Shown: positions 20,342-30,574, numbered from the stretch's first letter. The stretch: DNA of 64,000 bases from Sedimentisphaerales bacterium (GCA_963666285.1 OY762711.1), one strand, 5' to 3'. Notes: generated from the letters alone by a model not told the origin. A program made the numbers and translations.

Positions 20342-20932
20342 ATGCAAGATAGATATAACAGTCAGTATGAAGGTGATAAAATAGATGAGCGGCATATAGC
20401 CAAGCGAAATATGCTTCGCAAAGTGGGGCTGGTAGTGCTAATAACAGGTATTATTTTTACAGTTGTTGGTATGGTTGATTTCTTTCGGGCGTTTGGCAGT
20501 TTTGGCGGGCCACCGAAGCTGTTCTGGTGTGGTTTTGTTGGCCTTCCGCTAATGTTTTTTGGTGCGGTGATGACAAGTGCCGGTTATATGGGGGCGGTTG
20601 GTCGTTATACTACTGCGGAGGCGGCACCGGTTGCTAAGGATACGTTTAACTATATGGCGGATGGAACGGCTGACGGTGTGAAGACGATGGCTACAGCTGT
20701 TGGAGAGGGGATTGGCGAGGCTTTAGGGGGAGTTGTCGGAGCTGTGGGTGTCGGAGCGGAAGCGGCGGTACGATGTTCGAAGTGTAACGAGGTAAATGAT
20801 GCGGATGCGAAGTTTTGTAAGGAGTGCGGGTTTAGCCTGCAGAAGACGAAGGAGTGCCCGGTATGCTGTGAGCTGAATGATCCGGATGCTAAGTTTTGTG
20901 ATAATTGCGGGAAAAACTTTTTTGAAGTCTGA
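20342..20932 (+). CDS. membrane protein with C-terminal double zinc ribbon
   Basis: Two TM helices; CSKC..NDADAKFCKECG and CPVC..NDPDAKFCDNCG; ATG 20342 after GGAGG. Confidence 0.88.
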   Translation: MQDRYNSQYEGDKIDERHIAKRNMLRKVGLVVLITGIIFTVVGMVDFFRAFGSFGGPPKLFWCGFVGLPLMFFGAVMTSAGYMGAVGRYTTAEAAPVAKDTFNYMADGTADGVKTMATAVGEGIGEALGGVVGAVGVGAEAAVRCSKCNEVNDADAKFCKECGFSLQKTKECPVCCELNDPDAKFCDNCGKNFFEV

Positions 20933-20970
20933 AGTAAGAAGTCTGAAGTCTGAAGTCTGAAAATTGAAAA
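20924..20970 (+). repeat. heptamer tandem (GAAGTCT)n supplying the stop codon
   Basis: GAAGTCT GAAGTAA GAAGTCT GAAGTCT GAAGTCT GAAAATT GAAAA. Confidence 0.9.
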
Positions 20971-21079
20971 CAATTTTTTTTCACATTGAGCAGTTATCAG
21001 AAATGATAAAAACAGTACTAAGCGACTGAATTTCGAAAAGAGATAGCTTGCAGATAAAAAGAAATGAAATGGAAGGTAT

Positions 21080-22783
21080 ATGATAAGTAAACCTGGGAAA
21101 ATGTTAGGCTTGGTGGTACTACTTTTTGTAGTATCTGGAGTTTGGGCGGGAGGATCGAACAGTAGCTATGAAGGTTCTCATAAAGAAGTTGCTTTGAGAA
21201 TGCTGGCTGATCCTAATTATTTTCCGAGAGACCCAAATGGATATCCAGTTTTTGATACTGAATTCCAATTATTATGCAGTTTGGCAATCTTTGAAGATGA
21301 TCCGGATTGTCAGTTTGAAGTTGCCCGGAGGTTATTAGGCGGAAATACCATAAAGCAAGATGTTCAGAAAGGTGTTTACTGGATGGAAGCAGCTGCAAAG
21401 GGTGGGCATGCAATTGCACAGTCAATTGTGTCTGGTATGTATCAAGAAGGCGTTTATGTCGAGCGAGATTTCCAAAAATGTATTTATTGGGCAGAAAAGG
21501 AGGCAGGGCAATCTGATCCAATCAATTATTTTCTTATAGGGATGAAATTTATTTCAGATAAAAATATTCATCCTGATTGTAAAGAAGCAAAAAAGTGGTT
21601 TAATATTGCCAAGGAAAAGGGTTATACTAGTGCAGAGTCGCATTTTGAGAGTGTCAACATGCTAGAAAAAGATTTGAGTTATGGTTATCAAAAAGCTTTT
21701 GATAGAGTTATGGCCGGTGCTGAAAATGGGAATGCAAAATCTCAATATAAACTTGGTATTATGTATGACCTAGGAATTGGTATAGATTTCAACCCCAAAG
21801 AAGGGATAAAATGGATAAGGCAATCTGCTGATCAGGATTATGAACCGGCTCAGCGATTTATTATGTGTTCATATATGAATGAAGCATTTGAATTTCTTTA
21901 TGGTACAAATGTAATTAATCAGGATGAATGTGTTGCTATGATTAAAACATTTGCAATGAAAGGTGATAGCAGCAGTCAGGCTAATTTAGGACTATGTTAT
22001 CTTAAAGGAAAGTTTGTTGAGAAAGACTATAAGAAAGCGTTGTATTGGTCTCAAAAAGCGGCAAGAAAAGGGCTTGCTGTAGCGCAAAATAATATAGGAT
22101 TAATGTATTATCATGGTTATGGAGTTCCTATAAATTATGAGAAAGCGATCAGTTATTTTGAAAAAGCGGCAGATCAAAAATATCCAGGTGCATTTTTAGC
22201 TCTTGGAACTATGTATTTTAAAGGACAAGGTGTGTCTGTAAATTATGAGAAGGCATTTGAGTGTTATTCCAGAGCGGCGGTGTTAGGTGACAGTTATGCG
22301 AAAGTTATGTTGGGAAAAATTTATTATTTTGGATTGAATGGAGAAGTAAATTATAAAAAGGCTTTTAATTACTTCAAGCAGGCGGCACGCCAGCCGTATT
22401 GCATTGAAGATGCCAGATATTTTTTGGGTAAGATGTATGAGCGTGGTATATATGTTAAATGTAATCCATTTTTGGCGATCTATTGGCTTAAGAAGCCGGC
22501 GGAAAATGGTAGTGTTAAAGCCCAGATGTTGTTAGCCAGTGTTTTAGGGAGAAATAATGGTTTTGGCAGGGCAGACAATATTGAAGCGTATAAATGGCTG
22601 TATATTGCAAGTGCTGTGAACAAGGATGCAAAAAAGGCGTTGAATGAACTTGAAAAGGAATTGGATAGAGAGCAACTAGCAGAAGCGGTAAGAAGGGCTG
22701 AGGAGCTGGCCGCGACCAGTTCGCAAATGAAATTACCGGAAGGAAAAGAAAAGAATGGTTTCTGGAAGAGTCTATTTGAGTAG
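21080..22783 (+). CDS. secreted Sel1-like repeat protein
   Basis: Signal peptide; many AQ.NLG.MY..G.GV..NYEKA..Y..KAA units. Confidence 0.93.
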   Translation: MISKPGKMLGLVVLLFVVSGVWAGGSNSSYEGSHKEVALRMLADPNYFPRDPNGYPVFDTEFQLLCSLAIFEDDPDCQFEVARRLLGGNTIKQDVQKGVYWMEAAAKGGHAIAQSIVSGMYQEGVYVERDFQKCIYWAEKEAGQSDPINYFLIGMKFISDKNIHPDCKEAKKWFNIAKEKGYTSAESHFESVNMLEKDLSYGYQKAFDRVMAGAENGNAKSQYKLGIMYDLGIGIDFNPKEGIKWIRQSADQDYEPAQRFIMCSYMNEAFEFLYGTNVINQDECVAMIKTFAMKGDSSSQANLGLCYLKGKFVEKDYKKALYWSQKAARKGLAVAQNNIGLMYYHGYGVPINYEKAISYFEKAADQKYPGAFLALGTMYFKGQGVSVNYEKAFECYSRAAVLGDSYAKVMLGKIYYFGLNGEVNYKKAFNYFKQAARQPYCIEDARYFLGKMYERGIYVKCNPFLAIYWLKKPAENGSVKAQMLLASVLGRNNGFGRADNIEAYKWLYIASAVNKDAKKALNELEKELDREQLAEAVRRAEELAATSSQMKLPEGKEKNGFWKSLFE

Positions 22784-22804
22784 CAATATGAGTGGAGTTT
22801 ACAA

Positions 22805-22834
22805 TAAAAAAGCCCAGGAGTAAATCCCGGGCTT
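22805..22834 (-). terminator. intrinsic terminator (possibly bidirectional)
   Basis: Minus strand AAGCCCGGGA-TTTAC-TCCTGGGCTT followed by a T-run; homologous to 23571-23597. Confidence 0.8.
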
Positions 22835-22888
22835 ACAAGAGAGTAGAGAAGAAATTAGAATAAGGTAATAAGTTTGTCGCCCTAAACC

Positions 22889-23130
22889 TTAGTAGAAGAC
22901 TTTTGAGTTATCGAACAAGCGGGATAGCCGCAGATGGAGCAGATATAAAGTTAGCTGTCGAGAGCTGATTGAATTTAAGTATAGTATCTTGAATTTACTA
23001 TGCTTCAATGCTCCGGCATTATTTATATTTGTAATTGATAAATCCATCATTTTCCACGAAATTGAAATTCTCATCTTAATAACTTTCACTCCTTATCTCG
23101 ACATGAACGTAGCCTGAGTAGAATTAAAAA
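22889..23130 (-). pseudogene. internally deleted remnant of an MCP paralogue (5' flank fused to 3' tail)
   Basis: The 5' part resembles the MCP upstream region (ACRTTYATGTCGA, TATCAATTACA, GGAG). The 3' part resembles the MCP end (SAPSAAIPL in a shifted frame; TTC TAC TAA GGTTTA versus TTC AAC TGA GGTTTA). Confidence 0.6.
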
Positions 23131-23570
23131 AACAAGTAATTGCCCCGGTATTTGATTGTTTACGGTTATGGCGGTTGGGTGAATGCGGCAGAATATTTTA
23201 CTGTATTTGATTTTTGGGAAGAAAAATGTCTGGTATTAAATAATAAATGACGAGTTAATTATAAATAAAGTCGGTTAATCTTTTATTGAAATCGCAGATA
23301 TAATGTTTATATTTTTATTTATATAAAAGTATAATTATTGTAAAGAGCGGAGTGTCTAGTCCTATAACTGCGACAATTTCTGGGGAAAAGTTGAAATAAA
23401 AAGTGAAAAATTGAGGTGTACCGATGGATTGGGATTTCGCTTTGCTCAACATCTTCTTGTGTTTCATCTATATTCAAGGTGTTGCAGGGAGGCCTTTTGG
23501 GGCGGAATTATCAACAGGGGATTCGTTACTGCAACTTAAAAACTGAGAAAGGTAACTGAGAGTTTAAAAT

Positions 23571-23597
23571 AAAAAAGCCCAGGTAATATACCTGGGC
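23571..23597 (-). terminator. intrinsic terminator of the MCP gene
   Basis: GCCCAGGTA-3 nt-TACCTGGGC stem followed by T6 on the minus strand. Confidence 0.85.
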
Positions 23598-23646
23598 ATA
23601 AGAGAGAGTAGAGAGTAAATTAGGTATAAGTCTGTTATGTTAAACC

Positions 23647-25587
23647 TCAGTTGAAATCAATAAATTCTTTATCGTTGGCGGTATCAAATTTAATTGCCGA
23701 AGAAGGAGATAAATTTGTACTTTCTGCAGCTATCTGATGATATGCCAGGTCGGACACATTCATTCTATGATTTGAATTTTTGGTCCTGCTATCAGCACCT
23801 CCGACGATAGCAAAGAGTTCACCAATTATAAGGTTCATTTGTTCAGCCTGGGCACTAAGTTCCTCAGCTGCACTTGCAGCCTCTTCGGCATTGGCAGAGT
23901 TTTCCTGGGTTACCTGATCAATTTGTGAGATAGCGGTGTTGACCTGTCCGATACCTTGTGCCTGTTCCTGACTGGAAGATGCAATGTCTTCAACAAGGTT
24001 TGAGGTTTTAGTAATACTTGTGACGATTTCATCGAGAGCAGAGTAAACCTGTTCAGAAATCTGTACGCCGTTCTGGGAGTATCTAACGGAATCTTCAATC
24101 ATTGCAGAAGTGTCTTTGGCAGCCTCGGCAGACCTCATGGCGAGATTGCGAACCTCTTCAGCGACAACGGCAAACCCTTTGCCAGCTTCACCGGCACGAG
24201 CAGCTTCTACAGCAGCATTAAGAGCGAGCAGGTTTGTCTGGAAAGCGATTTCGTCGATAACCTTGATGATTTTAGATGTTTCATCGCTCGACTTGTGTAT
24301 ATCCAGGATTGCATCGTTCATTTTTTTCATTTCGGTAAGACCTTTTTGGGCCGATATATTTGTTTCGGAAGCAAGAGTTTTTGCCAGCTGGGCATTTTGG
24401 GCATTTTGCTGAGTCATGGAAGTTATTTCTTCCAGGCTGGAAGAAGACTCTTCGAGCCCGGCAGCCTGTTCGGTAGCGCCTTTAGCCAGAGCCTGTGCAG
24501 TTCCGGATACCTGAGAAGCAGCAGCAGCGGTATGTTCTGAACCGGCAGTTAGAGAAGAAATTATCCTGTTGACAGGTTTGACGATACCTGAAGTAAGGAA
24601 GTATGCGATGGTCACGCCAAGAATGATTGCGGCAATGGATGTAATTATAATGATAGAAACAATTCTAGCTGTAACAGTGTTTGTTTCCTGTTCGAGATTG
24701 GAAATGAAGTTATAGACACCGTCTCTTACTGACCTGGCACCGTTCATTACCGATTCAGAGGCCTGTTTTTGATTTATCTGTTCCTGGCGTTGAGCCAGGT
24801 TATATTTTCTGAAATCATCAACCTGTCGGCGATAGTTTTCAAGAGCTGTAATTGCAGAAGTGATTTCATGCTTAGTATTGTCAGAAGCCATAATAGTATA
24901 AGCTTCTTTCAGTATGTCTCTGGTATTATCAATTTGCTCTATCCAGGTTTTGGCAATCGAATCCTGCTTTTCCTGTTTAACAGCATTTTGATATTTATGA
25001 GCAGTAATATTGAATTCGTATACGGAGTTGAGACATTTTTGCGAGAAATATGCCCGCTCTACGGCATCTTTAGCAATCATTCCTTCTTTGTCTGTTTGTA
25101 GAGAATAATTCTGGGCAGCATCAATAACTTTTTTTACACATTCAACAACTTCAGCGGCAGCTTGTGCCCGAATAATGCCGGACTGTTTCTTTTGGTTTTC
25201 AATTTCTACATATTGGTTGTTGTGGCTGTTGTATTTGTCCATGTTCTGCTTTAGCAGATTTGCTTTTTCCTTGTTTTCAGCTGATTTCATAATATCTTTG
25301 ATTTCTTCAGCTTCTTTTAGTACATTTTTGCATTCGTTTTTCATTAGGTCGGAGTATTTATCATCTTTGTAGATAATATACCGCAGAGAATTAGCCTGAG
25401 TATCCTGTGAGTCGGTTAAGATTGTATTGGCCTTTTTAGCAATTTCAATTTGATCTAATATTTGTCCCATATTACCAATGGTCTTATTAAGTCCAGAATA
25501 ACCAATTAATGCTACTATAGTCATTAAAATAAGTACAAAGAAAAAACCACCATAAAGTTTAACGCTAAGTTTCATGTTCTTTAACAT
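23647..25587 (-). CDS. methyl-accepting chemotaxis protein
   Basis: Two TM helices around a helical periplasmic sensor; [40 protein letters not shown]. Confidence 0.97.
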   Translation of the reverse strand: MLKNMKLSVKLYGGFFFVLILMTIVALIGYSGLNKTIGNMGQILDQIEIAKKANTILTDSQDTQANSLRYIIYKDDKYSDLMKNECKNVLKEAEEIKDIMKSAENKEKANLLKQNMDKYNSHNNQYVEIENQKKQSGIIRAQAAAEVVECVKKVIDAAQNYSLQTDKEGMIAKDAVERAYFSQKCLNSVYEFNITAHKYQNAVKQEKQDSIAKTWIEQIDNTRDILKEAYTIMASDNTKHEITSAITALENYRRQVDDFRKYNLAQRQEQINQKQASESVMNGARSVRDGVYNFISNLEQETNTVTARIVSIIIITSIAAIILGVTIAYFLTSGIVKPVNRIISSLTAGSEHTAAAASQVSGTAQALAKGATEQAAGLEESSSSLEEITSMTQQNAQNAQLAKTLASETNISAQKGLTEMKKMNDAILDIHKSSDETSKIIKVIDEIAFQTNLLALNAAVEAARAGEAGKGFAVVAEEVRNLAMRSAEAAKDTSAMIEDSVRYSQNGVQISEQVYSALDEIVTSITKTSNLVEDIASSSQEQAQGIGQVNTAISQIDQVTQENSANAEEAASAAEELSAQAEQMNLIIGELFAIVGGADSRTKNSNHRMNVSDLAYHQIAAESTNLSPSSAIKFDTANDKEFIDFN

Positions 25588-26232
25588 TCTAAATCTCCAT
25601 TATATTGTTAACAAGTTCTTCTTTTCATGTAATTGATATGCGTATCAAAAACATCTTATTCACTTTTTCTTTCGACATAAATGTTGAAGGGGTAAATGGT
25701 AAATATAATGATAATGTCTTAAAAATGAGATGTTAGTTGAGAAAGCGTATGGATTACTTTTGACACTGTTTTGTTTTGTCCATAAACCCGTTGCAGATAA
25801 TGGGGAATTTGAAGGATTTGCAAGTTTGATGCTAAAAATAATGTTAAGCTATTTACTGCTATGAAAAGCAAAGGATTTACACAATTTTATGAAAATAATT
25901 ATAAAAAATAATATTAATAAAAAGTTTAGTCCAATAATCGCGAATATGCCTTTAATAAATTTATTCATAAATAATAAGTAGTTTTTAGATATTATCTGAA
26001 AGCAAAAGATGGTATTTTGTAATTTTAATGATAGGATTGTATTGATTATACACGTAAACAATGAAGCTGTTTTTGATCATGGGTTGCGTGTTTCTTTAAG
26101 TACAGGAGTAAAAAAGGTGATAAATATGGAATGGTGCTAGTATAAGTACGCTATTTATGGTAAAAGTATTACGTGGCAATAGCAGAATAAGGTTGTCTGC
26201 AGATGATTTTGACGAGATGGGAACTGAAATAA

Positions 26233-26991
26233 ATGAGAGATAGAATGGAATCTAAAAAGAATTTATTAGTAACCTTGTTATTGAGCGTTGTGTTTCTGGG
26301 AGGCTGCTATAATGATGTGAGTTATACACCGGCTGGCGCTGAGTTTCAATATTATCCGCTGCGTAATAAGGAAATAATAGGTTATTCTGTGCAGGGCAGG
26401 CCGATTGAGATGTTTAAGCTGGGTGAAGGGCGTGAGATTGTTTTGATAATAGCGACGATTCATGGTAATGAGCCTGCCGGTCTGCCTTTGGTTGAGGAGC
26501 TGATTGAGTATTTAAAGACGGATACATCGCGTTTGTATGGCAAGCAGCTGTTGATAGTGCCGGTGGCGAACCCGGACGGGTATGCAGCGGGAACCAGATT
26601 TAATGTAAATGGAATTGATTTGAATCGTAATTTTCCGGCAGGTAACAGGGTGGATAACAGTCGGAATGGAAACGGCGGACTAGGTGAACCGGAATCTCGC
26701 GCGTTATATAATATGATAAGCCTGTATCGTCCGGTACGAATAGTGAGTATTCATCAGCCTTTGGCGTGTATCGATTACGATGGCCCGGCGGACTGGCTGG
26801 CAGAAGCGATGGCAAGAGAGTGTGATTTGCCGGTGAAGAAGTTGGGGTCGCGGCCGGGCTCGCTGGGTTCATGGGCAGGAGTAGAGATGCAGATTCCGAT
26901 AGTGACTTTGGAGCTGCTTCGGAGCGATTCTAACCTGGGCCGGGCGGAGCTGTGGAATAAGTATGGACAGGCATTATTAGCAATCTTGTAA
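26233..26991 (+). CDS. M14 zinc carboxypeptidase, MpaA (murein peptide amidase)-like lipoprotein
   Basis: Lipobox LGGC; IHGNE, NPDG, GIDLNRNFP, EPESRA, SIHQP and VTLEL. Confidence 0.88.
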   Translation: MRDRMESKKNLLVTLLLSVVFLGGCYNDVSYTPAGAEFQYYPLRNKEIIGYSVQGRPIEMFKLGEGREIVLIIATIHGNEPAGLPLVEELIEYLKTDTSRLYGKQLLIVPVANPDGYAAGTRFNVNGIDLNRNFPAGNRVDNSRNGNGGLGEPESRALYNMISLYRPVRIVSIHQPLACIDYDGPADWLAEAMARECDLPVKKLGSRPGSLGSWAGVEMQIPIVTLELLRSDSNLGRAELWNKYGQALLAIL

Positions 26992-27020
26992 TTTGGGGTA
27001 GATTTCTCATTAGTCTTTAC

Positions 27021-27049
27021 TTGAAAAACTGGAGCCGGTTTGCTATAAT
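27021..27049 (+). promoter_or_regulatory. sigma70-type promoter with extended -10
   Basis: TTGAAA-N17-TATAAT with TGn before the -10 box. Confidence 0.7.
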
Positions 27050-27127
27050 TTTTCGACGTATGGGTTATAGTTCGAATATATAAATATTTGTGCTAATAAC
27101 AGCTAGTAAACTAGACATAGGCCGTGA

Positions 27128-27260
27128 CCTGGCCTTGTAATCAGATTTCGCTGATTTTTGCCGTTAGCGGGGGTAATTTTCCGTGTGAGCAATCCCTTTA
27201 TGCCTTTTTGAGGTAAGTTTAGATGGAAAATCACTGCGCATAAGGTCAAAAACAGCCAGG
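27128..27260 (+). ncRNA. candidate structured 5' leader (long imperfect rod)
   Basis: GCTGATTTTTG/CAAAAACAGC and ATTTTCCGT/ATGGAAAAT pairings plus shorter intervening helices; family not recognised. Confidence 0.4.
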
Positions 27261-27285
27261 AAAAAGAAAAATAAGGAAAGGTTCA

Positions 27286-27726
27286 ATGACTTTTTGTACT
27301 GTTATTAACTGTATGGACGGGCGGATACAGCTGCCGGTGTTGAATTTTTTGCGTGAACGTCTTGGTGTTGCGTATGTTGACAATATAACCGAGGCGGGTC
27401 CGATAAAATTTCTGGCAGAGCAAAATGACCAAGGTGTGATCCAGGATATATTTAACCGAATTAATATATCGATAAATCAGCATGGTTCAACAGCAATTTC
27501 GGTTGTGGCGCATTATGATTGCCTGGGAAATCCTCGTCCAGAATCTGAACAGAGAGTGCAGCTTGATAAAGCCGTTAAGTTCCTAAGTGAGCATTACCCT
27601 GAAATGGAGCTTTTAGCTTTGTGGGTAGACAGCGACTGGTGTGTTCATGAAATAAAAACAAGCCAAATTGAAGAAACAGGAAAAACGGTAAAACCTTATA
27701 TTAAAAAGGCTAACTGTATCATGTAA
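27286..27726 (+). CDS. beta-class-like carbonic anhydrase family protein
   Basis: INCMDGRIQ (CxDxR) and AHYDCLGN (HxxC) zinc-ligand motifs. Confidence 0.8.
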   Translation: MTFCTVINCMDGRIQLPVLNFLRERLGVAYVDNITEAGPIKFLAEQNDQGVIQDIFNRINISINQHGSTAISVVAHYDCLGNPRPESEQRVQLDKAVKFLSEHYPEMELLALWVDSDWCVHEIKTSQIEETGKTVKPYIKKANCIM

Positions 27727-27961
27727 CCTTTTCGTAGGTTCCGTCACCGCGTTTTTCAAGCTTTGTGAAGCCTTTATCTCTAAGGTTGCTATTGGAAAGG
27801 AATGGAGAGTATCCATTGCAGAGAGCGGGTACTTTTTTAATTTTTTTTCCACAATCCGGGCATTTAGATAGCTCTTTAGCAGACATTGACTGCATTATTT
27901 CAAAGCCATTTTCGCATTTTTCACATCCTTCGTCTATAGCTTTGTACTTATATATAGGCAT
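27719..27961 (-). CDS. FmdB-family zinc ribbon protein
   Basis: MPIYKY...CEKC...FEIMQSM.....CPDCG. Confidence 0.9.
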   Translation of the reverse strand: MPIYKYKAIDEGCEKCENGFEIMQSMSAKELSKCPDCGKKIKKVPALCNGYSPFLSNSNLRDKGFTKLEKRGDGTYEKVT

Positions 27962-28312
27962 ATTTGTTCCTTTTCTATTTCATTTCACAGCTCTATAGTA
28001 ATATTCAGGCAGTACACTATATTATATCGTCAGGAAATAGCCAATAGTTTTTCTTCTGTAAAAAATAATCTCAGACATTGGTAGGCCCATGTTGTTTATT
28101 TTAGTTCTAGTTTTTAGTTATACAAGCTGGGATATATGCCGATATTTTAATGGGCTGACCAAAATGGGAGTAGAATGGGATATAAAGATAAAAATATTTA
28201 AAAAGTCATATGAAGATGTATAAGCATTTTTGATAAGATATTGAAGAACTACTTTATAATATACATAAAATAACGGTCGGCCCAATCGGCGTTTTTAGTA
28301 TAAATATGACGG

Positions 28313-28341
28313 TTGACACTGCACTGTTAAATTGTTATAAT
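28313..28341 (+). promoter_or_regulatory. consensus sigma70 promoter of the pilus operon
   Basis: TTGACA-N17-TATAAT (perfect) with extended -10 TG. Confidence 0.8.
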
Positions 28342-28695
28342 TGGCTGTTACGGAAGAGAATGCGTAAAATAAGACCTTCTGTGTGGAAATAGCCTGAAGC
28401 TGGAGTTCAATAATACTTAGATATTAAGTAAATTGACCAGCCCAAAGCCATTTCTATAGTAATGGTAAATACCTTGTGTATGATTGTGTTTGTGAACATT
28501 TTTAGTTTAATCTTAGTATTATATTTAGAGGTTACAAGCTTAAGTGTTATAAGGCATAATCATGTATTGACACTGTAGAAAACCAGCACGCCAACCTGCT
28601 GTCCAGGTGTCCGACAGAATATTAAGGTTATATTTGTAAGTATAACAGCTTATATGTCGGAAGTAGGACAGCCCACCCTATTGAGGTAACCCTGT

Positions 28696-30465
28696 ATGTC
28701 ACGCAGTAAGAAAAAAATGGGCGACATTCTTGTCGAATGGGGCTTAATAGACAAGAAAGAATTAGCAAAAGCAGAAGAAATGGCAGACCATTCGCATCGA
28801 CGATTAAGTGATGTGATAGTTGAAATGGGTCTGGCAGATGAAGATCAGGTAATGAAGGCTTTGGCCCAGCAGTTCGATATGGAATATATCGATCTTGATC
28901 AGCATTCCGTTGAAAAAAGTGCCTTAGAGCTAATACCAGATAAAATAGTACGTGAAAATATTGTGTTGCCATTGGGGCATGAAGGTAACCGCCTGAAGAT
29001 ATTGATTCACGATCCGCTAGATTTAGATATGTTGGATATGCTTCGTTTCAGGCTTAATACCGAGCTGGAATGCTGCTTGAGCCCCAAGAGTAAAATTAAA
29101 CGTTATATTGATACGTTTATGGGTGATAATCTCTCGGCATCAATTGACCAGGAAATCGCGTCAATTGACCAATCAATTGATGCATCGCTGGATAAGTCGC
29201 TGGACTCTTCTATTGACCTTGACAGCCTTGACGCATCAAAGTTAGATGAAGATTCAGCACCAATCGTAAAGCTAATTGGTAAGATAATTGATGAAGCGGT
29301 AAAACTGCGAGCGTCAGATATTCATATTGAGCCGATGGATGATCGTATTCGCGTGCGTTATCGAATAGACGGTGTTTGCGTAGAGCGAGATAATATTCCA
29401 AAGCATTTGCAGAATGTTGTAATGGCACGTTTCAAGATTATGTCGGGAATGGATATTGCGGAAAGGCGAGTTCCGCAGGATGGTCGTATCAAGAAGAATT
29501 GCGGAGGAAAGGATATTGACTTCCGTGTAAGTGCGTTACCAGGTTATCACGGAGAGAGTATTGTACTTCGTATTTTGCGGCCAGATTCGGTTTTGGTTGG
29601 TATCCAGGCTTTAGGTTTCAGTCAGCGAGATTACGATCAGTTCGAGAAGATAATTCGCCGCCCGAATGGTATCTTTCTTGTAACAGGACCAACCGGTTCA
29701 GGAAAAACAACAACTCTATATTCAGCGTTGCAGGTATTGAATCGTCCAGATAAGAAGATAATCACCGCAGAAGATCCAGTGGAATATAACTTTGCCGGTA
29801 TGAACCAATGTCAGGTACGACATGAGATAGGCTTTGATTTTAAGATTATTCTAAGGTCTATGTTACGTCAGGCACCTAATATTATTCTGGTCGGTGAAAT
29901 ACGAGATAAGGAAGTGGCGGATATTGCTATCCAGGCGGCACTAACAGGTCACCTGGTGTTTAGTACACTTCATACGAATGATGCCCCCTCAGCGATTACC
30001 CGTTTGATCGATATGGGAGTAAAACCATTTTTGGTTGCCAGTGCAATCCAGGCGATTATGGCTCAACGTTTGATTCGAGTAATATGTCCGGATTGTAAGG
30101 ACGTTGATCCGAATCCGGATTTGAAGTCTTTGAGGCTGCTTGGATTTTCGGATGATGATGCACGAAACAAGACCTTTTATAAAGGTGTTGGGTGCAAGCG
30201 ATGCCACGGCAGCGGTTATCGTGGTCGAAAGGGTATCTTTGAGATGATGCTGATGAATGGTGAAATACGCGAACTAGCGTTCCAACGTGCACCATCCAAT
30301 AAGATTATGCGTGCGGCTATGGCCAGTGGTATGCTGCCGTTGGTAGAAGATGGCAAGGAAAAGGTTCTCCAGGGAATAACAACACTGGAAGAAGTAGCCC
30401 GTCATGCCCAGATTGAAGGAACAGTTGAAGAGGATATCCTGGTTAACGAAGATGAAGGGATGTAG
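28696..30465 (+). CDS. pilB: PilB/GspE-family assembly ATPase 1
   Basis: MshEN-like N-terminus; ASDIHIEP, GPTGSGKTT, EDPVEY, GHLVFSTLHTND and a CxxC...CxxC zinc motif. Confidence 0.93.
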   Translation: MSRSKKKMGDILVEWGLIDKKELAKAEEMADHSHRRLSDVIVEMGLADEDQVMKALAQQFDMEYIDLDQHSVEKSALELIPDKIVRENIVLPLGHEGNRLKILIHDPLDLDMLDMLRFRLNTELECCLSPKSKIKRYIDTFMGDNLSASIDQEIASIDQSIDASLDKSLDSSIDLDSLDASKLDEDSAPIVKLIGKIIDEAVKLRASDIHIEPMDDRIRVRYRIDGVCVERDNIPKHLQNVVMARFKIMSGMDIAERRVPQDGRIKKNCGGKDIDFRVSALPGYHGESIVLRILRPDSVLVGIQALGFSQRDYDQFEKIIRRPNGIFLVTGPTGSGKTTTLYSALQVLNRPDKKIITAEDPVEYNFAGMNQCQVRHEIGFDFKIILRSMLRQAPNIILVGEIRDKEVADIAIQAALTGHLVFSTLHTNDAPSAITRLIDMGVKPFLVASAIQAIMAQRLIRVICPDCKDVDPNPDLKSLRLLGFSDDDARNKTFYKGVGCKRCHGSGYRGRKGIFEMMLMNGEIRELAFQRAPSNKIMRAAMASGMLPLVEDGKEKVLQGITTLEEVARHAQIEGTVEEDILVNEDEGM

Positions 30466-30574
30466 TAAATATAAATAAAGGATTTTGTAAATATATAACG
30501 TTATTTGAGAGTGACATTCAGATTATCCGGCAGGGCTGTATACAGCCTGCCTGTTAGAAGAGGAAAATAGATTT

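Noticed and set aside
25849..26061. 70-aa hydrophobic ORF in an AT-rich spacer
   Set aside because: Non-ATG start, no RBS, and composition expected from AT-rich noncoding DNA
27015..27050. tracrRNA-like ACTTGAAAAA string
   Set aside because: Better explained as the -35 box of a sigma70 promoter; no cas9 or anti-repeat
28162..28182. MraZ-like ATGGGA boxes
   Set aside because: Only two units with 11-bp spacing, and no mraZ or dcw genes nearby
28342..28695. c-di-GMP riboswitch before the pilus operon
   Set aside because: The GEMM-type GGCAAA/GNRA/receptor layout was not found
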